Source: a virus
Lineage: Duplodnaviria > Caudoviricetes
IMG/VR virus record: IMGVR_UViG_3300011400_000003
Span: 1-60,337 of that record
Length of the DNA stretch: 60,337 nucleotides
Reading direction: 5' to 3' (one strand)
Position 1 is the first letter of the stretch. The number at the start of each line of letters is the position of its first letter. Under the pieces are notes generated by a model. The model was not told the origin of the DNA and did no database searches. It saw only the letters and a program-made list of their open reading frames with translations. A program made the position numbers and the translations under genes. Positions 54,408 to 60,337 of the stretch are shown piece by piece.

Positions 54408-55270
54408 GTATGCTCAACCCTTAAGAAATATCGACCCACCCTAAAGCCCTTACTACCAGAACCCGCAGTCTTAATGACTTTAAACACTGGTCCATATATA
54501 TCACCAACATCTGGAATAGTATTAGCTGTAGAATGTGTCGCTACTGGAGTAGCATTTCCATTATCCCAATCCGCCAAACTATCTTCAATCCATGCACGAA
54601 TCATTGGTGAAGAAGGATCACCATCACATTGAATAATAAACCATACCCATCCTGTGCTAGCCGCCACATTTGTGTCAGTGTCGCCACGAGTGCTTGCGTC
54701 TGCTGTCTTAAAATGCCATGTATTATCAGCCGAACTATACCTAAAGTAATATCCATTGGTATGTTCGGTTCCAGTTTTTACATTCCCTAAACCAATTTCA
54801 ATCGTAAAATCATTAGTTCCATTATTAAGTACTGGAATTTTACATCTACACGCCCAAGTAAATGCCGGTGATCCCTCCATATGAACTATGTGTCTAGAAA
54901 TAGTTGCAACATCAGCATTCGCAACCACACTCATAATAGCAAAGCCAAAATTACCTGAGTCTGCAGCTGCAGCCAAAGTAATGTTAGCTGTTGCAACTAA
55001 ATCAGCAAGCCAACCAAGTTGTCCAATTTCTCCATCTTCTGTGGTTCCACCGAAAAAATAATCTCTCTCTTCAATGAAAGAATCCATCTCAATAAGACGG
55101 CGTAATGAACCAATTCTAGAATCTAACTCGTCTAATTGCTCTTGTGTAGTGTCGCCACTAAGTTCTCCACCGGGTGTGGCCGGTTGTTCTGTAGCAGTCA
55201 TCGGAATATCAACACCGTCAATTTCTGCTCCAGCTACAAAATTTGGTTTACGACGAACAGTTTGAGGCAT
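54404..55270 (-). CDS. Putative virion beta-sandwich (receptor-binding-like) protein
   Basis: TTQEQLDEL linker followed by a lectin-like beta domain; coupled to the fibre and sulfatase genes. Confidence 0.55.
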   Translation of the reverse strand: MPQTVRRKPNFVAGAEIDGVDIPMTATEQPATPGGELSGDTTQEQLDELDSRIGSLRRLIEMDSFIEERDYFFGGTTEDGEIGQLGWLADLVATANITLAAAADSGNFGFAIMSVVANADVATISRHIVHMEGSPAFTWACRCKIPVLNNGTNDFTIEIGLGNVKTGTEHTNGYYFRYSSADNTWHFKTADASTRGDTDTNVAASTGWVWFIIQCDGDPSSPMIRAWIEDSLADWDNGNATPVATHSTANTIPDVGDIYGPVFKVIKTAGSGSKGFRVGRYFLRVEHT

Positions 55271-55273
55271 AAT

Positions 55274-56182
55274 TTACACTCCAGCGATGACTAATATTCT
55301 ACGACCAGAAGCAATGTTGGACCCAGTTTCATCTGTTAAAATAAGCCTATCTGCTGTTGAACCTACAGCTTCGTACTCTTCTTCTGCCCCAGTTGCACTA
55401 ACAACCACACGAACAATGAAATCGTGAATGTTAGTCAAGTTTAGATTATGATCAACATTAGCGGTTGGTGCTCCATTAGGAACTACCCCAGCAAAGAAAC
55501 GAGGACGCAGAGCTATCGCAGAAGTAAGAGCAGCAACTGCATCGTCGTTATCTTCAAGTAATCCTTGAATCTCGATTAAAGTATCATAAGCAGCAGCGGC
55601 GCCATTACTAATAGCAGCAACTGCAGCGGCTACCACTTGTGCAAAACTGTTACCTTCAAGTAATGGAGAGTCAAGAACAGTACCACTAAATACTCCACTA
55701 GAATATGCTAGATCTAATGATGCTGTGTCACTTATACTAATTGAAGAACGTACTTCATTAGTAAAGTCCAAAATCGCTCTTACTTGAGCAGCAGTTAAAT
55801 CAGTTGGATCACCAGAACCAGCACCTAACGCACGACCCTTTATAGTAGCTGCAGCCATATCAGCAAGTTCAGTATTAGTAATAATACCCGGCTTGATCGT
55901 AGCTACTAAAATTCCAGGAGAACCAGCATTATCTGTATAACTCCAATCAAGGAAACTATTATCATTGATCATCACCGCAATAAAATCTTCAACTTCTTCT
56001 TGCGTAAGTCCGCCGCCTCCACCAAGTTCGCTGGCAAGAGGAACTAAAATATCAACTCCACCCAGACGAAACGCAAGCTTTCCTTCCACTGAATCAAACC
56101 AAATATCCTGATTAGCCGGAGTTGATTGATCTAGAGGAAGTTTAACTCTGCCCTTAAACTCATAGTCTTTGAAAGTCTCCAC
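55274..56182 (-). CDS. Fibre-like structural protein
   Basis: LADMAAATIKGR...GDPTDLTAAQV and AYDTLIEI motifs common in phage fibres; VDHNLN. Confidence 0.65.
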   Translation of the reverse strand: METFKDYEFKGRVKLPLDQSTPANQDIWFDSVEGKLAFRLGGVDILVPLASELGGGGGLTQEEVEDFIAVMINDNSFLDWSYTDNAGSPGILVATIKPGIITNTELADMAAATIKGRALGAGSGDPTDLTAAQVRAILDFTNEVRSSISISDTASLDLAYSSGVFSGTVLDSPLLEGNSFAQVVAAAVAAISNGAAAAYDTLIEIQGLLEDNDDAVAALTSAIALRPRFFAGVVPNGAPTANVDHNLNLTNIHDFIVRVVVSATGAEEEYEAVGSTADRLILTDETGSNIASGRRILVIAGV

Positions 56183-56191
56183 TGCTTCCTC

Positions 56192-56764
56192 CTAGGAAAC
56201 ATTCCAATCTCCAGCAATAGCCACGGGCCAAGTTGCTAGCGAACGATTAAGGTTGACATACGTGATACTTTGTGGTTCAATCTCATTACCATCTTCATCT
56301 CTGAATTGAAACCCAGCAGGGTTGTAACCCAAATTGTGATCCATGATCCAAACAATAGCCGGCGTGGCTTGAGTTCCAGATGCTGCCGGATCTGATAATC
56401 CCACGTCGTCCTCCTCGTCATCCTCAGCAAGAGCCACCTCTCTCAGATAGCTAAGTCTTGTTAAGAATTCATCTCGTTGTTTTTCAATAGCATTAATATT
56501 AAAAGACGTTGTTGGTGGATCAAATAAGAGACGAACACTTACATACATCAACGTTTTAAGATTACTCAATTGATCTACTGGAAGACTCAAGTCAACCCAA
56601 TTAGCTGTATCATCTTCAATACTAAATCCTGGGGGACCAACACCTATTTGGTTTACTATGGAGAATGTAGCATTAATGTGTGTAATAATATCAAGATCGA
56701 ATGCTGTATCTGCTTCCCCAACACCTAAGTTCTTCTTGGTACTAGTAAGAATACTGTCTTCCAT
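56192..56764 (-). CDS. Head-to-tail adaptor with C-terminal extension
   Basis: SILTSTKK.LG, FD.DII.HIN, QIGVG, VRLLFDPP; extra W...HNLG..P domain. Confidence 0.8.
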   Translation of the reverse strand: MEDSILTSTKKNLGVGEADTAFDLDIITHINATFSIVNQIGVGPPGFSIEDDTANWVDLSLPVDQLSNLKTLMYVSVRLLFDPPTTSFNINAIEKQRDEFLTRLSYLREVALAEDDEEDDVGLSDPAASGTQATPAIVWIMDHNLGYNPAGFQFRDEDGNEIEPQSITYVNLNRSLATWPVAIAGDWNVS

Positions 56765-56773
56765 CTAAGCTCC

Positions 56774-57190
56774 TCACCAAAGTTTAGTGTCATGGGGAGT
56801 TCTCCTAGTAACAACTCTTGGGCTAGATCTCGACACACCGAAGTGAATCTCGTTATGGGTTCGATGAGTCGTAAGAATTAGAAACTCTGGATCAAGAATC
56901 CAATCTTCTCTATGTAAAATATCATCAAGAGCAACAGGATTCATGTGATGAACTAACGGTTCATGATGAATTTCATACCCAGGAATACCTAAATCACATC
57001 CATTATCTCTAATAATTACTTCTCGTCGAAGGTCTTCCCAATATCTCGAGTTATAAAAATCTTGACTAACGTGACGATCGAACCCAAAAGTCGCATGGCC
57101 TACTGCTCCTTCAAGTCTTAAGTAACCAAAGCGTCCTTCAAACGTGTCGAATTGGAGTAGTTCAGAATATGATCTAGTAATCATAGTCAT
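56774..57190 (-). CDS. HNH endonuclease (packaging-associated type)
   Basis: RDNGCDLG, VHHMNP, THNEIHFG. Confidence 0.85.
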   Translation of the reverse strand: MTMITRSYSELLQFDTFEGRFGYLRLEGAVGHATFGFDRHVSQDFYNSRYWEDLRREVIIRDNGCDLGIPGYEIHHEPLVHHMNPVALDDILHREDWILDPEFLILTTHRTHNEIHFGVSRSSPRVVTRRTPHDTKLW

Positions 57191-57509
57191 CATACTCCGG
57201 TGTGTCGTCTGGTTCACCTCTGTAAATCTTAAAGGCACTCAAAGCTTCACCATAAAGCTCTTCGATTCTTGCCTGAGAAGCAATCTGTTCACGCCTTGCG
57301 CTGAGCAACATATTCTCATGACGAATTTTCTCTTGTTCTAATTGCTCTCTTGTAGTACCCAGCTTCAAAAAATGCGTAATTACTTGGGCCGATGCAGTAC
57401 CTTGAACAATCTGTTGCTCAGCAAGATCTGTAGCAAGGGAGATAAGCTGATTCTCTCTGCCTTCAAGTGTCTCTGCGGGCCGTAAAGGCTTACGACTAGA
57501 TCGACTCAT
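57174..57509 (-). CDS. Conserved protein, possible terminase small subunit
   Basis: RENQLISLA...GTASAQVITHFLKLG; position in the packaging region. Confidence 0.55.
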   Translation of the reverse strand: MSRSSRKPLRPAETLEGRENQLISLATDLAEQQIVQGTASAQVITHFLKLGTTREQLEQEKIRHENMLLSARREQIASQARIEELYGEALSAFKIYRGEPDDTPEYDDYDY

Positions 57510-57524
57510 CTCCCCTCCTTTCAA

Positions 57525-57965
57525 TTATTCTTCTGGAACAGACAGCTGTAATGTTGTTGTAGTTGAAGAAGTTTCTAATGTGGCTGGTGTTGTTAAAGTG
57601 CTAGTGGTTGTAGTAACTGCACCCAGATTTTCTCCACAACGATTCTTTACTTCTGTAACATAATTCGGTCTATTCTCCATAGCAACTAATAGTTGTTGTT
57701 GTACTTCTCTTTCCTCAGCCCCATCTGCTTCTTGGCCGGAAAGAATAATTAATCTAGATAAATCTTTTCTAAACGTTTCTTGAATTTCTTGGGATACCAA
57801 TCCTCTACATGCATTTTGTTCTTGGTCTCTATTAAAATCTGAAACAATTACAGTTAAATATGCTAAAAGAATGAACACTAAAATTGTTAAAATTGAAGGA
57901 ATTACTATGATTGCTGCTTGTCCTACATTAATCTTTTGTTCGAACTTATCTGAAGGAGCCGACAT
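57525..57965 (-). CDS. Membrane-anchored protein (lysis cassette)
   Basis: N-terminal TM; two Cys; Thr-rich tail. Confidence 0.6.
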   Translation of the reverse strand: MSAPSDKFEQKINVGQAAIIVIPSILTILVFILLAYLTVIVSDFNRDQEQNACRGLVSQEIQETFRKDLSRLIILSGQEADGAEEREVQQQLLVAMENRPNYVTEVKNRCGENLGAVTTTTSTLTTPATLETSSTTTTLQLSVPEE

Positions 57966-58273
57966 TAATCAACCTCCTTTTCCCAGATAGTTTCTGGAAC
58001 TTGAATGTTGTTCTTCTGTAATGTGTAAATTAAAATATTAGATACCCGTTCACACTTTCGATGTCTTTTATCAGCGGCAGTCATGTCTTCAGCATGTTTT
58101 GCTTTGAGTTGTGAAATTTCATCTTTAAGATTCTTGACTTCAGTATCGCGTTCTAATTTAAGATCCTCCGCCCTTTGCCTTTGCGCTGAAACTAACGAAA
58201 ATACAAATCTAATGTTAATTAACAGAAGGACAAAGGCCACCCCCCCTACTGGAATCAGTAGGCTATTATCCAC
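57965..58273 (-). CDS. Membrane-anchored coiled-coil protein (lysis cassette)
   Basis: N-terminal TM followed by coiled coil. Confidence 0.6.
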   Translation of the reverse strand: MDNSLLIPVGGVAFVLLLINIRFVFSLVSAQRQRAEDLKLERDTEVKNLKDEISQLKAKHAEDMTAADKRHRKCERVSNILIYTLQKNNIQVPETIWEKEVD

Positions 58274-58294
58274 TTCATCCTCCTAGGACGTGTG

Positions 58295-58645
58295 TTATGC
58301 AGCCTTACCTAATCCATGAGTCGGAGAAATATCTCTAACTGCAGGAGTTCCAACGTGCTTGGTGAAACCATAGTAAGAAAGAATAGCGACAGCAAATGTA
58401 GTAACAAAGCTAGTCAAAAATGTCTTAGTGTTAACAACACCGTTGACATCAATGACGTCTTGGAGCGCAGTTGCAAGAATAGTAAGACCTAATGTCGTAA
58501 TCGCTTTAACGGCCGCACTAGCGTTTGCCTTTGTGATGAGGGCAGTGAGAAGAGGAATAAGCACACCAACGATAACAGTAAGAATGCTAACATTGACAAC
58601 AGCTTTCTCTTCAACTGTTGAAACTTCAGCTAAAAGGTCTAACAT
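58295..58645 (-). CDS. Holin
   Basis: Three TM segments; directly after the endolysin. Confidence 0.75.
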   Translation of the reverse strand: MLDLLAEVSTVEEKAVVNVSILTVIVGVLIPLLTALITKANASAAVKAITTLGLTILATALQDVIDVNGVVNTKTFLTSFVTTFAVAILSYYGFTKHVGTPAVRDISPTHGLGKAA

Positions 58646-58666
58646 TTAATTCTCCTTAGTCAAACA

Positions 58667-59467
58667 TTAAGTGTTCTTCTGAGCCGATGGCGTAGCAGAA
58701 CTACCATCAGTAAACACAACTACATAACCGTGATGCAACACACCATCTCTTGTATAGTCTCGACGCTCAAGACGGGAAACATGCTTCTTAACTCCTTGTG
58801 TATCATAGGTCTTGAGCAAATCAGCACCACTAATCAAGCCTCCAGTAAGTGCAGCTTGACCAGGAACCGGGGGAAGAAAGTCAACTCGACCACCGTCGTA
58901 TGCTGTCCACCATCCACCATCAGGATGCTGAAGTCGTGCGGCAAGTTTTAAGTTAGGATCAAACATAGGCCTTACCTTTGGTGGAGGCGGCGGAGGAGCC
59001 GCAACTTGATCGGATTCAGAAAATGCAACAAAACCGACTATGAAGTGACGATCTCGTTTACGGTACTTAACTGCGTTTGAGGTATTACCCCCAATGAACA
59101 CAATCCAAGCACCATCATCTTCATAAACCACTTCACCATGATCGGTTTGCCCGCCATCCCATTGAAATATACCCCAGTCACCTGGTTTTGCTCTCCAGTT
59201 CTTATCCCGCCAAAGACCTTTCGACCGAGCCCAAGCTTCTGCAGCTCCAGTAAACGAGAACCCCCGTTCACCATGAGTAGCTCCTTCAAAACGATACCCA
59301 CCCTCAACAGTCACCTTTGAGGCGAAGGAGATACACCATCCACCACCAGGACAACGAACACCATACTGCCAATCAGAATACCCCTGACAATTAGACCCCC
59401 ACGGAACCTCGACAACTCCAACCTGGCTTTGCGCATATTGAATTGATTTTGGAATGATGTAAGTCAT
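58667..59467 (-). CDS. CHAP-domain endolysin
   Basis: A.SQVG..E...SN, WCISF, PGD, DHGEVV, IGGNT; Pro-rich linker; C-terminal binding domain. Confidence 0.88.
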   Translation of the reverse strand: MTYIIPKSIQYAQSQVGVVEVPWGSNCQGYSDWQYGVRCPGGGWCISFASKVTVEGGYRFEGATHGERGFSFTGAAEAWARSKGLWRDKNWRAKPGDWGIFQWDGGQTDHGEVVYEDDGAWIVFIGGNTSNAVKYRKRDRHFIVGFVAFSESDQVAAPPPPPPKVRPMFDPNLKLAARLQHPDGGWWTAYDGGRVDFLPPVPGQAALTGGLISGADLLKTYDTQGVKKHVSRLERRDYTRDGVLHHGYVVVFTDGSSATPSAQKNT

Positions 59468-59595
59468 TCGTTCTCCTCTGATGCTGGAGAACCTTTGATC
59501 TTTCCATCAGGAGTCATAAGATCATCAAGGTCATCCGATTCGTCAAGAGGAGGGGGCATCTCTGTTGATTGTTCAGTTTCTTCTAAATCAGGCAT
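59464..59595 (-). CDS. Small acidic protein (43 aa)
   Basis: MPDLEETEQ...; AAGGGG RBS; ATGA-coupled to the lysin. Confidence 0.5.
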   Translation of the reverse strand: MPDLEETEQSTEMPPPLDESDDLDDLMTPDGKIKGSPASEENE

Positions 59596-59771
59596 TAGTA
59601 ACCCCCTTTAAATATTCGGAATTCCACAAGCTCGTTCCCAAGCACGATGATGAAATCCTACACATAATCTATAACCGGAAGCTCGCTTAATCCACTCTGT
59701 AACTGTCGCAACCAATGCCCAACGTCGATTTACAACTGGTTGCGCCCATCCGTAACCAAACCATGTTAGCA

Positions 59772-60266
59772 CTAGTGACCTCCTGTTAAACTAAAAACTA
59801 ATTCCTGATCTCCCCATGCAACCATCAGTTTGTCGAATCTCAAAAATGATGGAGGATTCTCAACGATGGTTCCACGAGGACCAATTGTTACGTGCGGAGT
59901 GAATGGCCATTCGCTGGCGTCCCACTTCTCAACAGCCCTACGTAAAGCTCTCAACTGCGGAGTTGATTCCAACGTGAACACTTCGACCGGTGGGTTGTCG
60001 GCCGTGTTGCCACCGAATTCGTCAGTACCAGTAACCCTAAGAGAAAATGGATTAGTGAGTACAGCCAGGTCAGAAGCTTCCTTACCTAACTCGTTGAAGA
60101 AAGTTGGATTGAGATCCTCAACTTTGCCGACGTATACTAACGTCATGTGTGGACACTTGGTCTTGCACCACTCGGTATTGGTTGGAATAAGCGCAATCAT
60201 GACTCCTTGGGAGCCAATCTTGTCCACAGTATCTACACTACCTGACCAATCAGGTTCGTTCATCAT
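59772..60266 (-). CDS. 2H phosphoesterase (2'-5' RNA ligase / Acb1-like fold)
   Basis: Two HxT motifs: PHMTLVY and FTPHVTI. Confidence 0.85.
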   Translation of the reverse strand: MMNEPDWSGSVDTVDKIGSQGVMIALIPTNTEWCKTKCPHMTLVYVGKVEDLNPTFFNELGKEASDLAVLTNPFSLRVTGTDEFGGNTADNPPVEVFTLESTPQLRALRRAVEKWDASEWPFTPHVTIGPRGTIVENPPSFLRFDKLMVAWGDQELVFSLTGGH

Positions 60267-60337
60267 GAAAAATCCTTCCAGCCACGCTGACCTGTCGAAA
60301 AGTTCCCACCAAAATTCCCCCCGGAGAAATTTTAGGG

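Larger units (their letters stand above)
1..60337 (-). mobile_element. Tailed dsDNA bacteriophage (siphovirus), probably complete genome, likely actinobacterial host
   Basis: Terminase, portal, capsid, tail tube, tape measure, lysin, replicase and RNAP are all present and co-oriented; no host housekeeping genes; non-coding G/C-tract sequences at both ends. Confidence 0.93.

Noticed and set aside
518-59320. Numerous plus-strand ORFs in the track (e.g. 9424..10011, 36531..37124, 44833..45681)
   Set aside because: Antisense shadows of well-supported minus-strand genes; no RBS or recognisable motifs
1-60337. Stop-codon reassignment, integrase, DGR or retron
   Set aside because: Long genes are intact in the standard code with all three stops used; no recombinase or reverse-transcriptase motifs seen

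Overview
This window looks like an essentially complete ~60.3 kb lytic siphovirus genome. Every credible gene is on the minus strand, and I found no integrase, repressor-integration module or CRISPR array. Its architecture matches the actinobacteriophage group that includes Rhodococcus Pepy6/Poco6-like, Arthrobacter AM/AU-like and Streptomyces BI-like phages (recalled from family knowledge, not searched). In transcription order (60337 to 1) it carries: 2H phosphoesterase, CHAP endolysin/holin, HNH, adaptor, fibre-like genes, a formylglycine-type sulfatase, terminase, 'HxGxKGMRWG' proteins, portal, protease-capsid fusion, tail module with duplicated tube and Dit genes, promoter/terminator cassettes, tRNA-Leu(UAA), a helicase-primase-polymerase fusion, SSB, many small genes with a tmRNA, an SF2 helicase, nucleases and a single-chain two-barrel (DFDGD) RNA polymerase. 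Main signals: (1) A putative head-loading system. A [L/I/V/F]-x-H site recurs in the capsid scaffold and at the N-terminus of the RNAP and of several cargo proteins whose tag-coding DNA is near-identical. (2) Fifteen copies of a 24-bp non-sigma70 promoter confined to the non-structural half, some driving ORF-less hairpin RNAs or attenuator-like leaders. (3) Four copies of a covarying three-way-junction RNA (G-GACAGC...GUUG...CUAAC) around the tmRNA that I cannot assign to a known family. (4) A sulfatase embedded in the virion module. All calls are by eye from motifs; no database search or folding program was run.
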